DNA of 64,000 nt from Antedon mediterranea (taxonomy: Eukaryota; Animalia; Echinodermata), in contig NC_092674.1 in NCBI RefSeq assembly GCF_964355755.1, positions 11,594,001 to 11,658,000 of the forward strand, given 5' to 3'. Below the pieces are notes generated by a model. That model was not told where the DNA came from. It saw nothing but the letters and a program-made list of their open reading frames with translations, and did not search any database. A program made the translations under genes and the position numbers. Shown one piece after another: positions 16,357 to 24,806 of this stretch (positions are counted from its first letter, which is position 1; each line of letters begins with the position of its first letter).

Positions 16357-16418
16357 GTTGGACTTCTATTTGTTCAGACGATATTCAAATGTTGTGGGTT
16401 CGAGTCCCACCGGAGATA
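16357..16418 (+). pseudogene. 5'-truncated tRNA-Arg(UCU)
   Basis: Begins at GTTGGACTTCTA; acceptor 5' strand and D arm missing. Confidence 0.85.
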
Positions 16419-16536
16419 TATTTTTTTTTCCTGCCTAAGAGTTGGCCTATTTTTTAAAGTATTTGCATTATGATAAAAAAAACTATTAATGATGAAATAT
16501 GGTAATACCAAACAATAATTGTCGTGTACGGTAGTT

Positions 16537-16622
16537 GTCTCCGAGGCGCAATGGATAGCGCGTTGGACTTCTATTGTTCAGACGATATTCAAAGGTTGTG
16601 GGTTCGAGTCCTTCCGGAGATG
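16537..16622 (+). pseudogene. tRNA-Arg(UCU) copy 1, probable pseudogene
   Basis: U8>A and T-stem mismatches (GTCCTTCC); 13 nt intron. Confidence 0.7.
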
Positions 16623-16741
16623 TACACTTCTAAAAATTCCTTCCTAGAGTTAGCCTATTTTCTTAATTATTAATCCTGCTTTATGCTAAAAACAATTAGT
16701 CATGAAATATGGTTGTACCAAACAATACTTATCGTGTAGTT

Positions 16742-16827
16742 GTCTCCGTGGCGCAATGGATAGCGCGTTGGACTTCTATTGTTAAGACGACATTCAAAGG
16801 TTGTGGGTTCGAGTCCCACCGGAGATG
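16742..16827 (+). tRNA. tRNA-Arg(UCU) copy 2, intact, 13 nt intron
   Basis: Full cloverleaf, A and B boxes intact, T8 terminator. Confidence 0.9.
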
Positions 16828-16944
16828 TACACTTTTTTTTAAATTCTGCCTAAGAGATGGCCTAATTTTTTAATTATTTCCATTATGCTAAAAAACAATT
16901 ATTAATGAAATATGGTAATACCAAACAATATTCATCCTGTAGTT

Positions 16945-17031
16945 GTCTCCGTGGCGCAATGGATAGCGCGTTGGACCTCTGTGTGTTCAGACGATATTCA
17001 AAGGTTGTGGGTTAGAATCCAACAGGAGATG
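16945..17031 (+). pseudogene. tRNA-Arg(UCU) copy 3, pseudogene
   Basis: U33>C, A37>G, B box GGTTAGAATCC, T/acceptor stem mismatches. Confidence 0.75.
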
Positions 17032-17149
17032 TATACTTTTTTAATTCCTGCAAAAGAGTTAGAATAATTTTTAATTATTAATCCTGATTTATGCTAAAAA
17101 CAATTAGTGAGGAAATATAGTTATACCAAACAATAATTATCGTGTAGTT

Positions 17150-17235
17150 GTCTCCGTGGCGCAATGGATAGCGCGTTGGACTTCTATTGTTCAGATGACA
17201 TTCAAAGGTTGTGGGTTCGAGTCCCACCGGAGATG
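17150..17235 (+). tRNA. tRNA-Arg(UCU) copy 4, intact, 13 nt intron
   Basis: Consensus cloverleaf, T-run terminator. Confidence 0.9.
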
Positions 17236-17353
17236 TACATTTTTTTTTAATTCTGCCTAAGAGATGGCCTAATTTTTAATTATTTGCTTTATGCTAAAAA
17301 AACAATATTAATGATGAAATATGGTAATACCAAACAATATTCACCATGTAGTT

Positions 17354-17440
17354 GTCTCCGTGGCACAATGGATAGCGCGTTGGACTTCTATGAGTTCAGA
17401 CGATATTCAAAGGTTGTGGGTTCGAATCCAGCTGGAGATG
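17354..17440 (+). tRNA. tRNA-Arg(UCU) copy 5, degenerate
   Basis: D-stem GCAC mismatch, T-stem CCAGC mismatch; 14 nt intron. Confidence 0.65.
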
Positions 17441-17558
17441 TATACTTTTTTAATTCCTGCGTAAAAGTTGAAATAATTTTTAATTATTAATCCTGATTTA
17501 TGCTAAAAACAATTAGTCATGAAATATAGTTATACCAAACAATTATTATTGTGTAGTT

Positions 17559-17645
17559 GTCTCCGTGGCGCAATGGATAGCGCGTTGGACTTCTATGTGT
17601 TCAGACGATATTCAAAGGTTGTGGGTTCGAATCCCACCGGAGATG
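17559..17645 (+). tRNA. tRNA-Arg(UCU) copy 6, intact, 14 nt intron
   Basis: Consensus cloverleaf, T6 terminator. Confidence 0.9.
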
Positions 17646-17763
17646 TATACTTTTTTAATTCCTGCCTAAGAGTTGGAATAATTTTTAATTATTAATCCTG
17701 ATTTATGCTAAAAACAATTAGTCATGAAATATAGTTATACCAAACAATTATTATCGTGTAGTT

Positions 17764-17850
17764 GTCTCCGTGGCGCAATGGATAGCGCGTTGGACTTCTA
17801 TGTGTTCAGACGATATTCAAAGGTTGTTGGTTCGAGTCCCATCGGAGATG
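17764..17850 (+). tRNA. tRNA-Arg(UCU) copy 7, T-stem mismatch
   Basis: GTTGG/CCCAT T stem; otherwise consensus. Confidence 0.75.
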
Positions 17851-17968
17851 TATACTTTTTTAATTCCTGCCTAAGAGTTGGAATAATTTTTAATTATTAA
17901 TCCTGATTTATGCTGAAAACAATTAGTCATGAAATATAGTTATACCAAACAATTATTATCGTGTATTT

Positions 17969-18055
17969 GTCTCCGTGGCGCAATGGATAGCGCGTTGGAC
18001 TTCTATGTGTTCAGACGATATTCAAAGGTTGTGGGTTCGAGTCCCATCGGAGATG
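17969..18055 (+). tRNA. tRNA-Arg(UCU) copy 8, intact (G-U in T stem)
   Basis: Consensus except CCCAT. Confidence 0.88.
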
Positions 18056-18170
18056 TAGCCTACACTTTTTAAAAATTCCTGCCTAAGAGTAAGCCTAATT
18101 TTTTAATATTATGCTAAAAAACAATTATTGATGAAATATGGTAATACCAAACAATATTCATCGTGTAGTT

Positions 18171-18250
18171 GTCTCTGTGGAGCAATGGATAGCGCGTTGG
18201 ACTTCTATGAGGACATTCAAAGGTTGTGGGTTCGAAACCCACCGGAGATG
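18171..18250 (+). tRNA. tRNA-Arg(UCU) copy 9, 7 nt intron, D-stem mismatch
   Basis: Intron TGAGGAC (18208-18214); GAGC in D stem. Confidence 0.65.
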
Positions 18251-18368
18251 TATACTTTTTTAATTCCTGCCAAAGAGTTGGAATAATTTTTAATTATTAA
18301 TCCAGATTTATGCTAAAAACAATTAGTGAGGAAATGTGGTTATACCAAACAATAATTAGCGTGTAGTT

Positions 18369-18454
18369 GTCTCCGTGGCGCAATGGATAGCGCGTTGGAC
18401 TTCTATTGTTCAGACGACATTCAAAGGTTGTGGGTTCGAATCCCACCTGAGATG
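18369..18454 (+). tRNA. tRNA-Arg(UCU) copy 10, acceptor-stem mismatch
   Basis: CTGAGAT acceptor 3' strand; 13 nt intron. Confidence 0.75.
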
Positions 18455-18572
18455 TATAATTTTTTAATTCTTGCCAAAGAGTTGGAATAATTTTTAATTA
18501 TTTGCTTTATGCTAAAAAACAATATTAATGATGAAATATGGTAATATACCAAACCATATTTACCATGTAGTT

Positions 18573-18659
18573 GTCTCCGTGGCACAATGGATAGCGCGTT
18601 GGACTTCTATGTGTTCAGACGATATTCAAAGGTTGTGGGTTCAAATCCCGCAGGAGATG
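18573..18659 (+). tRNA. tRNA-Arg(UCU) copy 11, degenerate
   Basis: D-stem GCAC, acceptor AGGAGAT mismatch. Confidence 0.65.
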
Positions 18660-19059
18660 TATGCTTTTTTAATTCCTGCCAAAGAGTTGGAATAATTTTT
18701 AATTATTAACCCTGATTTATGCTAACAATTTTTAGTGAGGAAATATGGGAATAGCCTACACTTTTTAAAAATTCCTGCCTAAGAGTAAGCCTACTTTTTA
18801 CTCGGGGTACCCGAGTCTAGGACTTACTCATTTTCTCCTCTTCTTCTTCAATCTGGACACTATTGAGTAAAAAGTGCGATTTTTAAAGTACTACTCCTCC
18901 CTTATTCGTTGTAGTATTGAGCTGGGATTTGGCATGAACATACTACAGGGACATGTCCTCAAAGCTATAGAGCCGGATTTTTAATTTTTTGTTAATTAAT
19001 TTGTTTAATTAAGAATCCACAATGTGTGACACACACCACAGCGTTATGTAGTTATATGC

Positions 19060-19132
19060 GGCTTCTTGGCGTAGTGGTTATCACGTTTGCTTAACACGCA
19101 GAAGGTACCTGGTTCGAGCCCGGACGAAACCT
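19060..19132 (+). tRNA. tRNA-Val(AAC)-like gene A1, degenerate acceptor stem
   Basis: GGCTTCTTGGCGTAGTGGTTATCACGTTTGCTTAACACGCAGAAGGTACCTGGTTCGAGCCCGGACGAAACC + T8; A and B boxes intact. Confidence 0.75.
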
Positions 19133-19345
19133 TTTTTTTAAACGTTATGGTGAAAAGTACTGTATACGCAATATGATAATTACACACAGTATATCTTATT
19201 TTTATAATTTTTCTAAATACTTATTTTGTGTAATCGGTAATTATCACTTTTACACATGTTTATTTTTCTTTGTGCTTATTACCCTATTCATTTGTAATTT
19301 AAATGGATTAAAAAACTTTCTGTAACCCACATTTTTAGTGTAAGT

Positions 19346-19418
19346 GGTTTTCGTAGTGTAGTGGTTGTCAAGTCTGCTTAACACGCAGAAGGTCCCGGTT
19401 CGAGCCCTGGCGAAACCT
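19346..19418 (+). tRNA. tRNA-Val(AAC)-like gene B1, degenerate
   Basis: GGTTTTCGTAGTGTAGTGGTTGTCAAGTCTGCTTAACACGCAGAAGGTCCCGGTTCGAGCCCTGGCGAAACC; perfect anticodon stem, D and T stem mismatches. Confidence 0.75.
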
Positions 19419-19579
19419 CGGGTTTCTTTTACTTTATGGTGAAATAACTGTATACGTCTGTATACAGCTTCTTTCGCTGTACCCCGAGTATTGCACATTC
19501 GTGCTTTTTTGTTAATTAATTTGTTTAATTAAGAAGCCACAATGTGTGACACACACCACAGCGTTATGTAGTTATATGC

Positions 19580-19652
19580 GGCTTCTTGGCGTAGTGGTTA
19601 TCACGTTTGCTCAATACGCAGAAGGTACCTGGTTCAAGCCCGGGCTAAACCT
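19580..19652 (+). pseudogene. tRNA-Val-like pseudogene A2
   Basis: Duplicate of A1 with anticodon loop mutated to TCAATAC. Confidence 0.75.
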
Positions 19653-19861
19653 TTTTTTTTAAACTTTATGGTGAAAAGTACTGTATACGCAATATGATAA
19701 TTATACACAGTATATCTTATTATTATTTTTTAAAATACTTATTTTGTGTAATCGGTAATTATCACTTTTACACATGTTTATTTTGCTTTGTGCTTATTAC
19801 CATTTATTTGTAATTTAAATGGATTAAAAAACTTTCTGTAACCCACAATTTTAATGTAAGA

Positions 19862-19933
19862 GGTTTCGTAGTGTAGTGGTTGTCAAGTCTGCTTAACACG
19901 CAGAAGGTCCCGGTTCGAGCCCTGACGAAACCT
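19862..19933 (+). tRNA. tRNA-Val(AAC)-like gene B2, degenerate T stem
   Basis: Perfect GGTTTCG/CGAAACC acceptor and TCTGC/GCAGA anticodon stems; D and T stem mismatches. Confidence 0.75.
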
Positions 19934-20088
19934 ATTTTTCTTTAACTTTCTAACTGTATACGTCTGTATACAGCTTCTTTCGCTGTACCCCGAGTATTGC
20001 ACATTCGTGCTTGTTTAATATTTGCATTATGCTAAAAAACAATTATTGATGAAATATGGTAATACCAAACAATATTCATCGTGTAGTT

Positions 20089-20175
20089 GTCTCCGTGGCG
20101 CAATGGATAGCGCGTTGGACTTCTGTGTGTTCAGACGATATTCAAAGGTTGTGGGTTAGAATCCAACCGGAGAGG
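20089..20175 (+). pseudogene. tRNA-Arg(UCU) copy 12, pseudogene
   Basis: A37>G, B box GGTTAGAATCC as in copy 3. Confidence 0.75.
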
Positions 20176-20293
20176 TATACTTTTTTAATTCCTGCGTAAA
20201 AGTTGAAATAATTTTAAATTATTAATCCTGATTTATGCTAAAAACAATTAGTGAGGAAATATAGTTATACCAAACAATAATTATCGTGTAGTT

Positions 20294-20379
20294 GTCTCCG
20301 TGGCGCAATGGATAGCGCGTTGGACTTCTATTGTTCAGATGACATTCAAAGGTTGTGGGTTCGAGTCCCACCGGAGATG
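20294..20379 (+). tRNA. tRNA-Arg(UCU) copy 13, intact, 13 nt intron
   Basis: Same tRNA sequence as copy 4. Confidence 0.9.
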
Positions 20380-20496
20380 TACATTTTTTTTAAATTCTGC
20401 CTAAGAGATGGCCTAATTTTTAATTATTTGTTTTATGCTAAAAAACAATATTAATGATGAAATATGGTAATACCAAACAATATTCACCATGTAGTT

Positions 20497-20583
20497 GTCT
20501 CCGTGGCACAATAGATAGCGCGTTGGACTTCTATGAGTTCAGACGATATTCAAAGGTTGTGGGTTCGAATCCAGCCGGAGAGG
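20497..20583 (+). pseudogene. tRNA-Arg(UCU) copy 14, probable pseudogene
   Basis: GCAC D stem, D-loop GG lost (AATAGAT), CCAGC T stem. Confidence 0.7.
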
Positions 20584-20701
20584 TATACTTTTTTAATTCC
20601 TGCCTAAAAGTTGAAATAATTTTAAATTAATAATCCTGATTTATGCTAAAAACAATTAGTGAGGAAATATAATTATACCAAATAATAATTATCGTGTAGT
20701 T

Positions 20702-20788
20702 GTCTCCGTGGCGCAATGTATAGCGCGTTGGACTTCTATGTGTTCAGACGATATTCTAAGGTTGTGGGTTCGAATCCCACCGGAGATG
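20702..20788 (+). tRNA. tRNA-Arg(UCU) copy 15, degenerate
   Basis: D-loop AATGTAT, anticodon stem TTCTA mismatch. Confidence 0.65.
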
Positions 20789-20906
20789 TATACTTTTTTA
20801 ATTCCTGCCTAAAAGTTGGAATAATTTTTAATTATTAATCCTGATTTATGCTGAAAACAATTAGTCATGAAATATAGTTATACCAAACAATTATTATCGT
20901 GTAGTT

Positions 20907-20993
20907 GTCTCCGTGGCGCAATTGATAGCGCGTTGGACTTCTATGTGTTCAGACGATATTCAAATGTTGTTGGTTCGAGTCCCATCGGAGATG
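20907..20993 (+). tRNA. tRNA-Arg(UCU) copy 16, degenerate
   Basis: D-loop AATTGAT, GTTGG/CCCAT T stem. Confidence 0.65.
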
Positions 20994-21118
20994 CATACTT
21001 TTTTAATTCCTGCCTAAGGGTTAAGAGTTGGAATAATTTTTAATTATTAATCCTGATTTATGCTGAAAACAATTAGTCATGAAATATAGTTATACCAAAC
21101 AATTATTATCGTGTAGTT

Positions 21119-21205
21119 GTCTCCGTGGCGCAATGGATAGCGCGTTGGACTTCTATGTGTTCAGACGATATTCAAAGGTTGTTGGTTCGAGTCCCATCGG
21201 AGATG
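21119..21205 (+). tRNA. tRNA-Arg(UCU) copy 17, T-stem mismatch
   Basis: Same tRNA sequence as copy 7. Confidence 0.75.
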
Positions 21206-21323
21206 TATACTTTTTTAATTCCTGCCTAAGAGTTTGAATAATTTTTAATTATTAATCCTGATTTATGCTGAAAACAATTAGTCATGAAATATAGTTATAC
21301 CAAACAATTATTATCGTGTAGTT

Positions 21324-21410
21324 GTCTCCGTGCCGCAATGGATAACGCGTTGGACTTCTATGTGTTCAGACGATATTCAAAGGTTGTGGGTTCGAATCTC
21401 GCCGGAGATG
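21324..21410 (+). pseudogene. tRNA-Arg(UCU) copy 18, probable pseudogene
   Basis: D stem disrupted (TGCCGC...AACGC), T stem CTCGC. Confidence 0.7.
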
Positions 21411-21522
21411 TATGCTTTTTTAATTCCTGCCAAAGAGTTGGAATAATTTTTAATTATTAACCCTGATTTATGCTAAAAATTTTTAGTGACGAAATATGGG
21501 AATACCAAACAATCGTGTAGTT

Positions 21523-21609
21523 GTCTCCGTGGCGCAATGGATAGCGCGTTGGACTTCTATTTGTTCAGATGATATTCAAAGGTTGTGGGTTCGAGTCCCA
21601 TCGGAGATG
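21523..21609 (+). tRNA. tRNA-Arg(UCU) copy 19, intact (G-U in T stem)
   Basis: Consensus except CCCAT; 14 nt intron. Confidence 0.88.
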
Positions 21610-21721
21610 CATACTTTTTTAATTCCTGCCTAAGAGTTGGAATAATTTTTAATTATTAACCCTGATTTATGCTAAAAAATTTTAGTGACGAAATATGGGA
21701 ATACCAAACAATCGTGTAGTT

Positions 21722-21808
21722 GTCTCCGTGGCGCAATGGATAGCGCGTTGGACTTCTATTTGTTCAGACGATATTCAAAGGTTGTGGGTTCGAGTCCCAC
21801 CGGAGATG
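21722..21808 (+). tRNA. tRNA-Arg(UCU) copy 20, intact
   Basis: Consensus cloverleaf, 14 nt intron. Confidence 0.9.
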
Positions 21809-21929
21809 TAGCCTACACTTTTTAAAAATTCCTGCCTAAGAGTAAGCCTAATTTTTTAATATTTGCGTTATGCTAAAAAACAATTATTGATGAAATATGG
21901 TAATACCAAAAAATATTCATCGTGTAGTT

Positions 21930-22015
21930 GTCTCCGTGGCGCAATGGATAGCGCGTTGGACTTCTATTGTTCAGACGACATTCAAAGGTTGTGGGTTCGA
22001 GTCCCACCGGAGATG
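21930..22015 (+). tRNA. tRNA-Arg(UCU) copy 21, intact
   Basis: Consensus cloverleaf, 13 nt intron, T7 terminator. Confidence 0.9.
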
Positions 22016-22130
22016 TACATTTTTTTAAAATTCTGGCTAAGAGATGGCCTAATTTTTAATTATTTGCTTTATGCTAAAAAACAATATTAATGATGAAATA
22101 TGCTTACCCAACAATATTCATCGTGTAGTT

Positions 22131-22217
22131 GTCTCCGTGGCGCAATGGATAGCGCGTTGGACTTCTATTTGTTCAGACGATATTCAAAGCTTGTGGGTTC
22201 GAATCCCACCGGAGATG
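22131..22217 (+). tRNA. tRNA-Arg(UCU) copy 22, variable-loop substitution
   Basis: AGCTT instead of AGGTT; stems intact. Confidence 0.82.
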
Positions 22218-22335
22218 TCAACTTTTTTAATTCCTGCCAAAGAGTTGGAATAATTTTTAATTATTAACCCTTATTTATGCTAAAAACAATTAGTGAGGAA
22301 ATATGGGAATACCAAACAACATTAATCGTGTAGTT

Positions 22336-22356
22336 GTCTCCGTGGCGCAATGGATA
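22336..22356 (+). pseudogene. tRNA-Arg 5' fragment
   Basis: GTCTCCGTGGCGCAATGGATA then jumps to spacer-like sequence. Confidence 0.75.
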
Positions 22357-22476
22357 ACGAATGAAAATTCTGCCTAAGATTTTAATTAATTAATTTTCAT
22401 TTTTAATTATTTGCTTTATGTTAAAGAAAATAATTTATGAAATATGGCTATATTAAACAATATTCATTGTGTAGTT

Positions 22477-22536
22477 GTCTCCGTGGCGCAATGGATAGCG
22501 CGTTGGACTATTGTTCAGACGATATTCAAAGGTTGT
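22477..22536 (+). pseudogene. 3'-truncated tRNA-Arg with 3 nt anticodon-loop deletion
   Basis: GGACTATTG instead of GGACTTCTATTG; ends in T arm. Confidence 0.8.
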
Positions 22537-24730
22537 ACCTAAGGATTGACAATTCTAATTATTTGTTTCATTCTACAAGACATTACATTTATTTTGTTTG
22601 ACTTTTTTTTTGTTAACAGAAAGCCTTAAACACCGATAGTCTTTGAAACGCTGGTATATGTCGTGACGACAGTGATGACGTTTGAGAGTTTAGGCCTATT
22701 CATTTCGTTGTTTAAATTATTTGAGCTTTTGTGTTATACTATCAACAATACTGTAGTCAATATTAGGCTTACACTTCTAAAAACATTTTACATCATACCT
22801 TTTGCTTACAAATTTCCTACTATACTGTCTGTCCTCAAGACAGTCTAGTTGCTTTGTCCAGTATTCGACCATTGTATAGATAGACAGATTGAGGCAATAT
22901 TTTTGGCAAAATGACCAACTTCGAATATAATGAAAATGCGATTAATACTTGGATTAAAATCAGCATGTGCGCAACTGCGTCCCATCGTGCGTACCCTTCA
23001 CATCGACCAATCAGAGGCCAGCATTTGCATTTTACTGCTGTGCCGCTTCGTTTTGAATTTTATGATTTAAGCTTGCGTAAAATGCGAAAATTCAGCCACA
23101 AAACGATGTGCGGATTATGATTATAATTATGATTAATAAGTACTGTTGTCTTGTCTCCTCCTTCTTCGTGTTTCCCTTCTGAAACCATTCTCCCGGGACG
23201 TCCAGAAAACTTCGGAAAAGCAAATTTTATTATATCATCATCTTGTATAGCGAGATGGACATGACAGTGTTTTACTGGCAATTATTTAGCATTGTTGTAG
23301 GGATTATTTGAATTATAATACCATACAGATTTTGATTTAAGGATTAAACAGTTTCATCAAGTTATTAAACAACCAAATGTCAAATTGGTTTATAAAAAAC
23401 AGGTTGATGTAGTTCCATTGTATACCGGACTTGGCGCATTAAAGTAAAGTGTGTGTGTGTGTCGAGTAAAGATTACTTCGTAAAGAAAAACACAATTAAG
23501 ACCAGGTTTGTACCACGTGCGTAGGGCAAGTCCGAGTACAAATACTTTATCCATCATTGGTCTAAATTCATGTAGACAGTGATTCATAAAGTTGATTCAC
23601 CGGCCATTCTGAATTGCCTCGTGGAAGGAACGAGAGATGAAGTTCTTCACGGTAGAAGTAAATGCCATATTGGCCCTATATCATGTTTTTCAAGTTCGGT
23701 TGAAGATTAAACCATAGAGGGAATACATTTATACAAAAATATTTATTTTTTCCATGGGTAAACCATAGATATAAATGTAATAGTTTTTAAACTAATTCAT
23801 GTAGACCTAGAACGGGATTCGTACCGGACGTTGTCTAGCCGGTTGAGTACCTTAATAAGACAAAGATGGAATGAACCAACATTTCGGTATATTAATCAAG
23901 CTATTTCGGCAATAAATTCATTTTCTATCTGTCGTTGAGGTGTTAATTCAGACTGTCCAATAAAATTAAAATACAAGAAAATCAAATTTAAAGGCTTATT
24001 ACAATTACCATACGGATTTTAAAAGTGTCAACGACATTGTTTTATGTCTCCGCTTAACTATGGATTGACATTTTTCAATTGCTAGTATAGTTTATCTTAG
24101 GTATAAGTTCTTATGATATACAGCATTGATTTATATCATTTTACCCGTAATATATCAAAGAATCACAGTTGATTAAAACTCATTTGGGGTGACATGTTTA
24201 CAGTTTAAAAAGAGTATATGCCGATCAATTACAATTACAATAATTGAATAGCTGTTTATGTAATTAGGGTGCTAATTATAAGATTTGGATGTTTTATGTT
24301 AATTTATTGTATAAAATGCAATGTGATTAGGCCTATCTTCAATTTAACTTGTGTTTTCCTCAACTCTAGATGGAATGTACTGTGGAGTGCTAAACCCGCC
24401 CATTATTAGTTTCTATGTCTAATTTCCCACAAAAAGAAGAAAAAGCGATTTAGTATAGGATATTCTTCTTCCAGAAATCAACCCAAAACATATACCCCTG
24501 ACAACTACGTTGGCGGAGGCAATAACTACAATTAACGGAAGTACTCGGAGGTAATCGGAAATAATCGGAATTAGTGAATAAATGGTCGCAATTCGGTGAT
24601 TCTGTTAGTTCATTGATGTGTCGAACACGTGTTTTCACTGAAAATTAACAACTTATTGGTCTTAAAATAATTTGACTCAAATAAAATAATAAAAAAGTTA
24701 AACCCACATCATAACATAAACATAAACGTT

Positions 24731-24806
24731 CATCTCTCCGGCAGTGGGACTTCAACCCACACAATTTGAATACCGTCTGTATACAATACAAATCCAACGT
24801 GCTACC
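24731..24806 (-). pseudogene. Degenerate inverted tRNA-Arg(UCU) relic
   Basis: Reverse complement reads AGCACGTTGGATTTGTA-TTGTATACAGACGGT-ATTCAAATTGTGTGGGTTGAAGTCCCAC..CCGGAGAGATG, colinear with the array gene including the intron. Confidence 0.75.

Larger units (their letters stand above)
18795..20016 (+). mobile_element. Non-autonomous Helentron-type (HINE/DINE-like) rolling-circle element with duplicated 3' part, carrying tRNA-Val-like genes
   Basis: 5' TTTTT + 12 bp subterminal IR TACTCGGGGTAC (18799-18810) within hairpin ACTCGGG-GTA-CCCGAGT, short (CTT)n; 3' reverse complement GTACCCCGAGTA + hairpin GCAC-ATTC-GTGC + T-rich end, present twice (19479-19510, 19985-20016); inserted in a spacer T-run with no TSD (empty sites at 18091-18110 and 21844-21866). 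Confidence 0.8.
16357..22536 (+). repeat. Tandem array of intron-containing tRNA-Arg(UCU) genes, unit ~200-205 bp, 22 full-length copies + 3 fragments, interrupted at 18795-20016
   Basis: Repeated GTCTCCGTGGCGCAATGGATAGCGCGTTGGACTTCTA-[13/14 nt intron]-ATTCAAAGGTTGTGGGTTCGAGTCCCACCGGAGATG, followed by a T-run terminator and a homologous ~115 bp AT-rich spacer. Confidence 0.96.

Noticed and set aside
17284-22253. Short ORFs at 17284, 19250, 21863 and 22071
   Set aside because: Chance translations of tRNA repeat units.
16357-22536. CRISPR-like repeat-spacer array
   Set aside because: Repeats are 86-87 nt tRNA genes, spacers are homologous to each other, the DNA is eukaryotic and no cas genes are present.
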